Assembly (NCBI GenBank): GCA_018713425.1
Contig: DVOT01000246.1
Span: forward strand, 1-57,688
Length of the DNA stretch: 57,688 nt
Reading direction: 5' to 3'
Origin: Candidatus Ornithocaccomicrobium faecavium
GTDB lineage: Bacteria; Bacillota; Clostridia; Christensenellales; Aristaeellaceae
How positions within the stretch are numbered: the first letter of the stretch is position 1; each line of letters starts with the position of its first letter. Below are positions 26,384-34,053 of the stretch, in pieces. The notes under the pieces are model-generated. The model did no database searches, had not been told where the DNA came from, and worked only from the letters and a program-made list of their open reading frames with translations. A program made the translations under genes and the position numbers.

Positions 26384-26608
26384 TTATGCGCTGGCGCGCA
26401 TCTGCATCAAGGTGCTGGTGGCTTCGTCCAGTTCCGCGCGGGTGTTCTGCAAGGCCTTGCGGATCATGCCCAGCGCGTCGTCGATGTATTCGCCGTTCGC
26501 CATGTGCTGCGCGCCCATCTGCATGATCTCGATGCAGGCGCACAGCCCCTTCAGGGTGTTGTCTACGTCTTCCAGCGCGTTGACCGCGCGCATACGGATT
26601 TCATTCAT
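26384..26608 (-). CDS. 74-aa acidic helical protein of unknown function (cassette effector)
   Basis: AAGGAGG 7 nt before ATG 26608. No motif I recognise. Confidence 0.6.
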   Translation of the reverse strand: MNEIRMRAVNALEDVDNTLKGLCACIEIMQMGAQHMANGEYIDDALGMIRKALQNTRAELDEATSTLMQMRASA

Positions 26609-26635
26609 CGTTCTGCCTCCTTCTGGCTTTCGGGG

Positions 26636-26664
26636 TTGACCTTTCGGGGCAGGTATGATAAAAT
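26636..26664 (+). promoter_or_regulatory. strong plus-strand promoter inside the minus-strand cassette
   Basis: TTGACC (26636-26641), 17-nt spacer, TGaTAAAAT extended -10 (26656-26664). Confidence 0.55.
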
Positions 26665-26670
26665 TTACTT

Positions 26671-26741
26671 GCCGGTCGAAAGGTCGGTGCCTGGGGTTTC
26701 GGTGTTGCTTGCTGGGGCAACCGAAACCCTATTTTTCTTTT
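26671..26741 (+). ncRNA. candidate ~70-nt antisense sRNA
   Basis: Predicted TSS ~26671. Terminator stem gggtttcggtgttgc / gcaaccgaaaccc (26694-26729), then TATTTTTCTTTT. No ORF. Antisense to the RHH 3' end and the intercistronic region. Confidence 0.4.
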
Positions 26742-26896
26742 AGCCCCGCATAGACTTGTTCCACGCCGCGGCGCAAGACCTCTGCTTTGGACAGGTTGAG
26801 CCGTTCCATGCAATAGTTTAACTTCCGAACGGTCTCTGCGTCCATGCGTGCGCTTACTTGCGTCCCTTTGGGATTTTCTATCTTGGGGCGTCCCAT
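26729..26896 (-). CDS. ribbon-helix-helix (Arc/CopG-type) DNA-binding protein
   Basis: MGRPKIENPKGTQVSARMDAETVRKLNYCMERLNLSKAEVLRRGVE matches the RHH beta-alpha-alpha pattern. Start ambiguous: in-frame GTG 26917, ATC or ATT nearer the GAGGTG SD. Confidence 0.65.
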   Translation of the reverse strand: MGRPKIENPKGTQVSARMDAETVRKLNYCMERLNLSKAEVLRRGVEQVYAGLKEK

Positions 26897-26920
26897 TTTG
26901 GCGCTAATGATTAACACCTC

Positions 26921-26963
26921 ACTTTCTGACTGTCATTATATAACATGACAGTCAGAAAGTCAA
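26921..26963 (-). promoter_or_regulatory. consensus promoter embedded in a 16-bp-arm inverted repeat (operator)
   Basis: Minus strand TTGACT (26963-26958), 17-nt spacer, TATAAT (26940-26935). Arms actttctgactgtcat (26921-26936) and atgacagtcagaaagt (26945-26960). Confidence 0.65.
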
Positions 26964-26973
26964 CCCCCAATTT

Positions 26974-26999
26974 CAAAAGCGTCTGCGCAGACGCTTTTG
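26974..26999. repeat. palindrome caaaagcgtctgcgcagacgcttttg, copy A
   Basis: Perfect palindrome AAAAGCGTCTGC|GCAGACGCTTTT, 10 nt after the tape-measure stop. Confidence 0.9.
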
Positions 27000-27009
27000 C
27001 GCCGCTTCA

Positions 27010-30000
27010 TCAGGCCAGCACCATGCGCGCGGCCCTGCCCGTGGCGCTCTTGGCGGCGCGCCGGTAGGTGGCCCGGCTCACGACCGGCTCAATGGTTTCG
27101 CCCACCGTCCGCCCGTCCATCGTAATGACAGTGCGGTCAATGCCCTTGCGAATAAAGCTGTTGGCCACGGCGTCGCCCAGCCGGTCGTAGTCGATCTCCG
27201 GCGCGGAAATGCTCGGGTAGGCCCGGCCGCCCTGCGCCGTCTCTTCGGCGGCCATGGCGCTCAGGCGGTTTGCGGCGCGAAGCACCTGATCCATGCCGCG
27301 CTCGATGCCTTCGGCAAAGCCTTGGTCGTAATATTCGCCGATTTCGGCCATGCGCTTGGACGGCGACGCGATGCCCAGCTCGCGCTTGGCCGCGTTGTAG
27401 GCGCTGCGCGCCGCCGATCTGGCCGCGCTCTGGATGGTGCTGGAGCCGTTGCGGATGCCGCGCGCCACGCCCTGCGCGATGGCGGTGCCGATCGACGTAA
27501 ATTTGCTGCCGCCGCTGCCCACAGCGCCCCACAGCGCGGAAGACGCGCTGCTGGCCAGGCTGCGGGCGGCGCTGGAAACGCTGCCGCTCTGGCCGCTGAT
27601 GCCTGCTTGAATGCCCTGCGCCAGCGCCGCGCCGATGCTGCGACCGTTGGTTGCGCTCAATTCGCGCTTGGCCGCGTCATGCGCGCTCTTGGTGGTCTGC
27701 GTCGTCGTGCTCACAAGCGCGCTTTTCGCATTTTGCACGGCCTGCCGCAGCCCGGTCATAAAGTCTTCGCCGATCTCGCCGCCGGCCGTGTTGTTCAGAA
27801 TTTCGGCTGCGGCCGCCAGCGCGTCTTCGGCAACGACGTCCACGGCGGCGTTGACGGTTTCGCTGCCGCCCGTGATGCCGGTGGCCATTTCTTCCACAGC
27901 CGCTTCGTAGGCGGCGTTTGCCACGGTGGTGATGGCCGTCTGCACGGCTTCAGTGTTGGAATTGTTGGAGCTGATGCCGTCGGCGATGGCTTTGCAGACA
28001 GCCGCGCCGATGTCCTTAAACTTCGCAGCCGTTTCTTCGCCCCAGCCCATAAAGCCGGTGCCTGACACGCCGAAAGCCGCGTTCAGCGCCGTCGCTACGG
28101 CGTTGAATACCGCGGATGCCCCGCTGCTGAATGCACTTTCCGTAACAGCATTCAAGCCGTCGTTCAGTCCCTTGGCGACGCCTTCGCCGAACGCCTTGGT
28201 CTTGGAAGAAGCGCCGCCGTCGTCGGTAATGCCCAGCGCTGCCTTCAAGCCGGCAAGCATCTTCTCGCCCAAGTCCGAACCGGCCGTTTCGACCGTGGCT
28301 TGTTTGGAATTTGCGCCGTCTGCCAAACTCTGGCCTACGGTTTCACCAGCTTTTTTCGCGTCGGCGTCTTCGTCGGATTCCCATAGGCCGCTCAACCAGT
28401 CGCCTAAGCCGCCGATTGCATCGCCGACGCCCTCCAAAAGGTTGCCGATGCCGTCGCCGATACTGCCAAGGCCATCGACAATAGAATTGATGGCGTTCAT
28501 GCCGGTGTTCAGGCCGTTCGCTATGGTCGAACCGATGCCGTCCCAGTCGATGCCGTCAATGGCCGCCTGCGCTGCCGTAAAGCCCGCGGAGAGAAATTCT
28601 CCACTAACGTCTACAAGATCGTTGAAAGCGCTGCCGATCGTCTCGCCGATGCCCGCCCAGTCGATGGCTTCGATGGTGCTTTGCGCTGCCTCAAAGCCGC
28701 CGGAAAGGAACGCGCCCGTAACGTCCACGATGCCGTTGAAGGCGTCGCCGATGGTGGAGCCAAGGGAAGTCCAGTCGATGGCCTCAATGGCTGCTTTGCC
28801 TGCCTCGAAGCCGCCGGAAAGGAATGCACCCGTAACGTCCACGATGCCGTTAAAAGCGTTGCCGATGGTGGTGCCAAGGGATGTCCAGTCGATGGCTTCA
28901 ATGGCTGCCTTGCCTGCCTCGAAGCCGCCGGAAAGGAACGCGCCCGTAACGTCTACAATGCCGTTGAAGGCGTTGCCGATGGTGGTGCCAAGCGTTCCCC
29001 AGTCTATGAGCGCGATTGCGTTCCTGCCCGCCTCAAACGCGCCGGACAGGAACGTCCCTGCGGTATCAATAACGCCTGTAACGCCGCTTAGCACAGCGCT
29101 GCCGACGCTGCCCCAGTCGATAGATGTTACTGCATCCTTGCCGGCAGAAAAAAGCCCGGACAGGAACCCGCCGCCTGTGTCGATCGCGCTGGTGACGCCG
29201 GAAAGAATATTGCTGCCGATGCTGTCATATTCCACGCCAGCAGCCGCGTCCCGCCCTCCTGTGAACAGACTGGATAGCCAATTCCCCGCCGTGTCCAGAA
29301 GCCCGGTCGCACCGCTCATGATCGCGGAACCGATGCTGGAAAAGTCGATTCCGGCCACTTCGTCACGGCCCCCAGTGAATAGCCCTATCAGGCTTTCGCC
29401 AATGCCGCCCAGCCCGGAAAGGATGGAGTTAAGCAGCGTGCCCCCCAGTTCTCCCCAGTCTACATTCGTCAGGCCGTCCCAAATAGCACTGATGATTTCA
29501 GGCAGCCGTTCCAGCAGCTTGGGGATGGCCTCGACCAGACCCGCGGCAAGCTGCACCATCATTTCCGCCGCTGCCGGGATCAATTCGGGCAGCGCGCTGA
29601 TAATGCCGTCTATCAGCCCCAGTAAAATATCTACGCCGGCATTCAGCAGTGTTGGAAGATTGTCGGTCAGGAAGTCTGCCACATTCGCCACGATGTTCGT
29701 GGCCAGTTCAGCCAACGGTGCGGCATTTGCTGCTATGGAGTTCACTACGCTTCGCAAAAGTCCCATAGCGGCGGGCAGGATCGCGTCCACCAGTGCCGGC
29801 AGCGCCTCCACCACTACGGCCACGGCTGCGTCCAGCATTTCCGTAATGGTGTCCATGTTCTCGCTCAAAAGCGTTTCGATGGTGCCGATGCCCTCCATCA
29901 GGGCATCGGCGACGGCCTCGCCGATGATCTTGACGTCTTCCGGCTGGAAGCCGTCGGCCAAAGCGTCGTCGATGGTGGAAAGCGCATCCACCAGCAGGCT

Positions 30001-31419
30001 TTGCATGTCCTGCGCCAGCGGCAGAAACTCGTTCACGATCTTGCGGCGCACGCCTTCCAGCGCGCTGGACGCATCGTTATAGCGCACGTCATTGATCTGC
30101 GACAGCGCATCGGTGGACAGGTCGCCGCCCTCCGCGATGCTGGCAAGGATCGGAAGCGCCTGTTCGCCCAAGTCCTCGAATTGCGTGCCGAACAGCGCCA
30201 CGGCCAGCTGGTTGCGTTCCAGCGGGTCTTCCACGGCTTGCAGCGCGTTCACCACTTGCAGGAAGGCGGCGCGCGCCTGCGGCCCGCCTTCGGCCAGTTC
30301 TGCGCTCACATAGGATGCGCGCAGGCCCAGCGCCTCGAAGGCTTCCTTGGTCGTGTCGCTGCCGTCGATTGCGCGGATCGAAAATTCCTTGACCGCGTCG
30401 CCCACTTTGTCGATCTGGAAAACGCCGTTCTCCGCGCCCGCGATGAGCGTCTGCATCATGTCGTCGGCGGTCAAGCCCATTTCGGCGTACTTCGGCGCGT
30501 ACTCGCTCAATACGTCCAGCAGATCGCCGTTGCGGTTCGCGCCGTTCTGTGCGCCCACGGCGATCAGGTTATAAGCCTGCTGCGCCGAAATGCCGAATTT
30601 GTTCATCAGGGCGGATGCCGCGCGGCTGCTCTCGGAAAAGTCCATGCCGAACGTGTCGCGCAGCAGATAGCCGCTTTCGGTGGCCTTGCGCAGTTCGTCG
30701 CCCATCAGGCCGGTGTTCGTGCGTGTGGTGGCCAGCGCTTCGTTGACGTCGGAAATGCTGTCCCCGAAATTGTTGCGGTACACCTCTTGCGCGATGCCGC
30801 CCAATTCTTCGAGTTCCTGCCCCGTCGCGCCCGTCTGCGCGGACAGCTGGTTCGTCGCCTGCTGATAGTCCGTGCCCAGCTGCACGACCTCTTTTGCGCC
30901 CGCCAGCGCCGCAGCGGCCAGCGCTGCGATGGCAGCAGCGGCAGCTTCCAGCCCGGCCTTCATCGCGCCGCCCGCGATGTCGCCGGCCGCGCTCATGGCG
31001 TCGGCCATGCCGTCGGTGGCGCTGTCGGCCTGCTGGGTCGCGTCGGCCAGCGCCGCCATGTTTTGGTCGTTTTCCTTGATTTCGTTCCCGACCTTGTTCA
31101 TCGCGTTGGCTGCGCGATTCAGGGCGATTTGCAGGTTTTCCGCCTGCTGGCTGTTCTCGCCGTACTCTGCCTTCGCCTTGTTCAGCTGTTCGGCGATCAG
31201 CTTCACCTTTTCGGCGTGTGCATCGTACACGCTTTGCAGGCTGCTGGCCTTGGCCCGCATGGCCTCCATGCTGTCGGCCTGGTCGCCGAAGGCGCTGTTT
31301 GTCGCGGCCATTTCGGTGTTCAGCATCGTCAGCCGCCGGCCGATGTCTTGCAGTGCTTTTTTGTATTCCTTGTCGCCCAGCACGCTGACTCTTGTGCTGA
31401 TGCCTTCGCTGCTTGGCAT
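27010..31419 (-). CDS. tail tape measure protein
   Basis: 1469 aa, Ala/Gly-rich and helical. N-terminal coiled coil, internal 35-aa repeats. Position after the chaperone genes. Confidence 0.9.
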   Translation of the reverse strand: MPSSEGISTRVSVLGDKEYKKALQDIGRRLTMLNTEMAATNSAFGDQADSMEAMRAKASSLQSVYDAHAEKVKLIAEQLNKAKAEYGENSQQAENLQIALNRAANAMNKVGNEIKENDQNMAALADATQQADSATDGMADAMSAAGDIAGGAMKAGLEAAAAAIAALAAAALAGAKEVVQLGTDYQQATNQLSAQTGATGQELEELGGIAQEVYRNNFGDSISDVNEALATTRTNTGLMGDELRKATESGYLLRDTFGMDFSESSRAASALMNKFGISAQQAYNLIAVGAQNGANRNGDLLDVLSEYAPKYAEMGLTADDMMQTLIAGAENGVFQIDKVGDAVKEFSIRAIDGSDTTKEAFEALGLRASYVSAELAEGGPQARAAFLQVVNALQAVEDPLERNQLAVALFGTQFEDLGEQALPILASIAEGGDLSTDALSQINDVRYNDASSALEGVRRKIVNEFLPLAQDMQSLLVDALSTIDDALADGFQPEDVKIIGEAVADALMEGIGTIETLLSENMDTITEMLDAAVAVVVEALPALVDAILPAAMGLLRSVVNSIAANAAPLAELATNIVANVADFLTDNLPTLLNAGVDILLGLIDGIISALPELIPAAAEMMVQLAAGLVEAIPKLLERLPEIISAIWDGLTNVDWGELGGTLLNSILSGLGGIGESLIGLFTGGRDEVAGIDFSSIGSAIMSGATGLLDTAGNWLSSLFTGGRDAAAGVEYDSIGSNILSGVTSAIDTGGGFLSGLFSAGKDAVTSIDWGSVGSAVLSGVTGVIDTAGTFLSGAFEAGRNAIALIDWGTLGTTIGNAFNGIVDVTGAFLSGGFEAGKAAIEAIDWTSLGTTIGNAFNGIVDVTGAFLSGGFEAGKAAIEAIDWTSLGSTIGDAFNGIVDVTGAFLSGGFEAAQSTIEAIDWAGIGETIGSAFNDLVDVSGEFLSAGFTAAQAAIDGIDWDGIGSTIANGLNTGMNAINSIVDGLGSIGDGIGNLLEGVGDAIGGLGDWLSGLWESDEDADAKKAGETVGQSLADGANSKQATVETAGSDLGEKMLAGLKAALGITDDGGASSKTKAFGEGVAKGLNDGLNAVTESAFSSGASAVFNAVATALNAAFGVSGTGFMGWGEETAAKFKDIGAAVCKAIADGISSNNSNTEAVQTAITTVANAAYEAAVEEMATGITGGSETVNAAVDVVAEDALAAAAEILNNTAGGEIGEDFMTGLRQAVQNAKSALVSTTTQTTKSAHDAAKRELSATNGRSIGAALAQGIQAGISGQSGSVSSAARSLASSASSALWGAVGSGGSKFTSIGTAIAQGVARGIRNGSSTIQSAARSAARSAYNAAKRELGIASPSKRMAEIGEYYDQGFAEGIERGMDQVLRAANRLSAMAAEETAQGGRAYPSISAPEIDYDRLGDAVANSFIRKGIDRTVITMDGRTVGETIEPVVSRATYRRAAKSATGRAARMVLA
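28520..29390 (-). repeat. in-frame ~105-bp (35-aa) tandem repeats inside the tape measure gene
   Basis: About 9 units of the form xIDWxxxGxxIxxxxxGxxDxxGxFLSGxFxAxxxA. Two adjacent units are nearly identical. Confidence 0.8.
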
Positions 31420-31462
31420 GTTCTCACCTCACATTCGCCCTTGCGTATCGCGGGCCAGAAAA

Positions 31463-31485
31463 GCGCCCGTCGTATCGGCGGGCGC
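31463..31485 (-). terminator. terminator-like hairpin between chaperone and tape-measure genes
   Basis: gcgcccg / cgggcgc stem, followed by TTTTC on the minus strand. Confidence 0.4.
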
Positions 31486-31520
31486 AAAATTTCAAATTTG
31501 ATGAATAGCCAGCATACGAC

Positions 31521-31544
31521 AAAAGCGCCCGCGCGGGCGCTTTT
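31521..31544. repeat. perfect 24-bp palindrome aaaagcgcccgcgcgggcgctttt
   Basis: Same AAAAGCG...CGCTTTT design as the four-copy palindrome, with a different core. Lies 4 nt after the frameshift-product stop. Confidence 0.8.
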
Positions 31545-31547
31545 GAT

Positions 31548-32158
31548 TTATCTCGGAATCCTGTTTAGCCGTTGCCCCCGCGGCGCTGCGCCCGCGGTTG
31601 CCTGTCCGCGCTGCGCGCGATTTCCCTTGCCGGTGCTGGCCGCCGGCTTGCGCGCAGTCTTCGCGCATTCGTAGATTTCATAAATCGCGCGCGGGCTGGC
31701 GTCCCAAAAAGCTTCCGCCGTCAACCCGCAGTCCAGCGCGCGATACAGCAGCCACGCCCACGGGAAGCCGCTTTCCGCCGGGGCGGCTTCTAAGGGTTTT
31801 CGTTGCCGCCGCTGTCCTTCGGCAGCGCGTCCACTACGCCCTGCACGATGATCTCCCGAATGCCTTCAATGGAATCCAGCTTGAACAGATTGTCGAAGGT
31901 TTCCCAGTCCATTTCCGCGCCGCCGGCAATAAGCGCGCCGTAAAAGACAGCCATCACGGCTTTGTACTTGAAGTTCGCCAGCGCCTTCAAAATTTCGGTA
32001 TAGCCCACGTCGCGGCCGTAGACCTGTTCGTACACGTCTTCCGCCACGCGGGCGGCGCGGTTGGTAAAGGCCAGCTTGTAGCGCGTTCCGTCGAGCGTGA
32101 TAAACTGAATTGGCGCGCTTACGTCGCGCGCGCGCTGCTGTTTTTGCATATTTTCCAT
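31548..32158 (-). CDS. tail assembly chaperone frameshift product (gpGT-like), -1 shift at A_AAC_CCT (31799-31793)
   Basis: The slippery X_XXY_YYZ heptamer lies immediately before the zero-frame TAG. The -1 frame stays open for 83 further codons with protein-like sequence (FPWAWLLYRALDCGLTAEAFWDASPRAIYEIYE). Confidence 0.6.
31790..32158 (-). CDS. tail assembly chaperone (gpG-like)
   Basis: GGAGGG then ATG 32158. 122 aa, between the major tail and tape-measure genes. Confidence 0.7.
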   Translation of the reverse strand: MENMQKQQRARDVSAPIQFITLDGTRYKLAFTNRAARVAEDVYEQVYGRDVGYTEILKALANFKYKAVMAVFYGALIAGGAEMDWETFDNLFKLDSIEGIREIIVQGVVDALPKDSGGNENP

Positions 32159-32275
32159 GTCAGCCCTCCGTTTTTTGCCTTGTCATAGCCGCGATCAGGC
32201 CGCTGCGGCGCTCTGGTTTGCAGTGCGATCGCGGGATTCCTTCGGGGCGGCGTTTGCCGCCCCGTTCCCGAATGG

Positions 32276-32857
32276 TCACGCGGCCTCGGTTTCTTCGTAG
32301 ACTTCCGTAAACCAGCCGGCTTCCACGCCAGCGCCGATGCCTTCGGCTGCCGTGTCCACCACAGCGGCCAGCGCATCGTCGTTCATGCGGCGGATAAACA
32401 CGCCTTCGATGGTGGGCGTCTGGTATTCGATGGCGTCGGCGTCCGTCTTCGCGGTCTTGGTCGGCTCGCTGAACGTGCCCTTGTAGAGCCACCACAATTC
32501 TTTGCTGTCGTCGTCCAGCGTGCAGGCAAAGCCGATCGCCACATACGGCGGCTTGTTCCCACCCTTTATGATCTGCACGCCGTTGGAATCCTCTTTGCGG
32601 CCCAGCAGTTCAGCAAGTACCGCGTGCGGAATCTTGTCTACGTTCAGGCTGACGGTATAGGTATCAACGCGCTTCACATTTCGCACAGTGGCGTTGCTGG
32701 CGTGCATCTTACCTTCCCGGTAGGCCGGCGTGACCGTCACTTCGATGGACTTTGCCAGCACCTTCGGCGTGTCGTAGGTCGGTGCGGTCGTGCTGGTTTC
32801 TTCGGTCGTCATGGGCGCATAGTAAATGTCAAGTATGCCGTAAAAATATCCTTCCAT
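32276..32857 (-). CDS. major tail protein
   Basis: AGGAGG then ATG 32857. 193 aa at the canonical position. A GC hairpin (32243-32262) follows the stop. Confidence 0.75.
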   Translation of the reverse strand: MEGYFYGILDIYYAPMTTEETSTTAPTYDTPKVLAKSIEVTVTPAYREGKMHASNATVRNVKRVDTYTVSLNVDKIPHAVLAELLGRKEDSNGVQIIKGGNKPPYVAIGFACTLDDDSKELWWLYKGTFSEPTKTAKTDADAIEYQTPTIEGVFIRRMNDDALAAVVDTAAEGIGAGVEAGWFTEVYEETEAA

Positions 32858-32876
32858 GGTTGTGCCTCCTGTCGCT

Positions 32877-33221
32877 TCAGTCTAGGCTTTCCACCCATTC
32901 GCAGGTCGCTGCGATGTGGTGATAGCCTGTGTCCGTCTCATACATGTCGGGGCCATAGCTGTACACGCGCACGCCGGCGGCACGCAACATGGCGATGGCC
33001 TTGTGGAAAATGGTTTGATGGGTGCCGTCGTCGCACTTGGAAAAGATATGCACCTGCACCGTGTGATGTAGCCTGCTTGGCTGGTTGCTGGCGTACCCGG
33101 TGAACGTCCCCAGCACTTCGTTGAAGGTGGCATACGTTTCATGCTTGCCGCCCGCCGGCTCTTTGCTCACAGGGCAGGGCAGCGGCAGAAGCGTCGCCTG
33201 AAAAAACTGGTCGTAGGTCAC
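32877..33221 (-). CDS. tail terminator-like protein
   Basis: GTG start after GGGGTG. Assigned by position between the gp10-family and major tail genes. Confidence 0.5.
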   Translation of the reverse strand: MTYDQFFQATLLPLPCPVSKEPAGGKHETYATFNEVLGTFTGYASNQPSRLHHTVQVHIFSKCDDGTHQTIFHKAIAMLRAAGVRVYSYGPDMYETDTGYHHIAATCEWVESLD

Positions 33222-33225
33222 TTCG

Positions 33226-33630
33226 TCACCCCATTTGCTTGTCCAGTTCCTTTTGCATCGCTTCCAGCGCTTCCCCTTCCGCGGCCCGCACGGTGGGATG
33301 GAACCAGCCCAGCGGCGCTTTTTGCGTTCGGCCGTAGCTTCGGCCGTATTCCAAGATGTTGCCGATCTTCGCCAGCGGCTCGCCGGTCGCCGGATGGTTG
33401 CCCACGGGCTTCACTTCGCAATAGTATCCATCCGCCGCGTTGTACTTGACGGCGCTGGGCTTGATGCTGTCGCGCAGCGCGCCGGTGTCCACGGGCGCTT
33501 TGTCCTTCAGCTTTTCGGCCACGATCTTGCCGCCGGCCTTCACTGCGCGCTTGATCGCGCCATCGCTGGCCGTGGCTGCCCGCTGAAACTTGGCGATGGT
33601 CGCTTCCATGCCTTTGACCTCGAAGCCCAT
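33226..33630 (-). CDS. HK97 gp10 family tail-completion protein
   Basis: Typical N-terminus GFEVKGMEATIAKFQRA...KRAVKAGGKIV. Gene order also fits. Confidence 0.65.
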   Translation of the reverse strand: MGFEVKGMEATIAKFQRAATASDGAIKRAVKAGGKIVAEKLKDKAPVDTGALRDSIKPSAVKYNAADGYYCEVKPVGNHPATGEPLAKIGNILEYGRSYGRTQKAPLGWFHPTVRAAEGEALEAMQKELDKQMG

Positions 33631-33631
33631 G

Positions 33632-33961
33632 TTATACGCCCTCCCCGCGGATCAGGCGCGTCTTTATGTGCATAAAGTCGCGCTTGTAGCCCAAATGATT
33701 GATCTGTTCAATCTGATAGATCTGTCCGGCGTGGACGATGCGGCATTCGCGGTCGATGCTGTCGCGCCAGCGGATGCCAAACGTCACGGTGTCCTGCGCC
33801 TGATACGCCTGCGCGGCGTAGAAGTCGCGCCCGCTCACGTCGGCCATGCTGGCCCAGCACGTGGCGATAGGCCGCCAGACCGTGCGGCGGTTGCCGCGTT
33901 CGTCGGTCGTCTCTTCCGGTCGCTCGATGGTGATGCGATGCTTCAGGTCGCCTGCTTTCAC
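33632..33961 (-). CDS. head-tail adaptor (head closure) protein
   Basis: LKHRITIERPEETTDERGN...WRPIATCWA matches the phage head-tail joining family pattern. Confidence 0.7.
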   Translation of the reverse strand: MKAGDLKHRITIERPEETTDERGNRRTVWRPIATCWASMADVSGRDFYAAQAYQAQDTVTFGIRWRDSIDRECRIVHAGQIYQIEQINHLGYKRDFMHIKTRLIRGEGV

Positions 33962-34053
33962 TCGCCCGTCACCCCGCTTTCAGCGGCGCGCCGGGTACGC
34001 GGCTGCGGACGGCTGCGCCGTGTCCTCGCCGCTAGTCGCTTTCGCTCCCTCAT
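33958..34053 (-). CDS. possible 31-aa Arg-rich coupled micro-ORF
   Basis: Its ATG overlaps the connector stop (ATGA) and its stop overlaps the adaptor GTG (GTGA). Flanked by 19-bp direct repeats. Confidence 0.25.
   Translation of the reverse strand: MRERKRLAARTRRSRPQPRTRRAAESGVTGE

Noticed and set aside
26655-26753. 32-aa plus-strand ORF (MIKFTCRSKGRC...) inside the candidate sRNA, as a type I toxin
   Set aside because: Its ATG lies inside the predicted -10 element, upstream of the likely TSS. The peptide is not hydrophobic and there is no SD.
28520-29390. Regular ~105-bp repeats as a possible CRISPR array
   Set aside because: The repeats are contiguous and in-frame coding units of the tape measure protein. 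There are no unique spacers and no cas genes.
27926-31674. Long plus-strand ORFs (718 aa and 557 aa) opposite the tape measure gene
   Set aside because: These are antisense shadow ORFs typical of GC-rich DNA. They are Pro/Ser/Ala/Arg-rich and low-complexity, with no SD. The minus-strand tape measure reading is far better supported.
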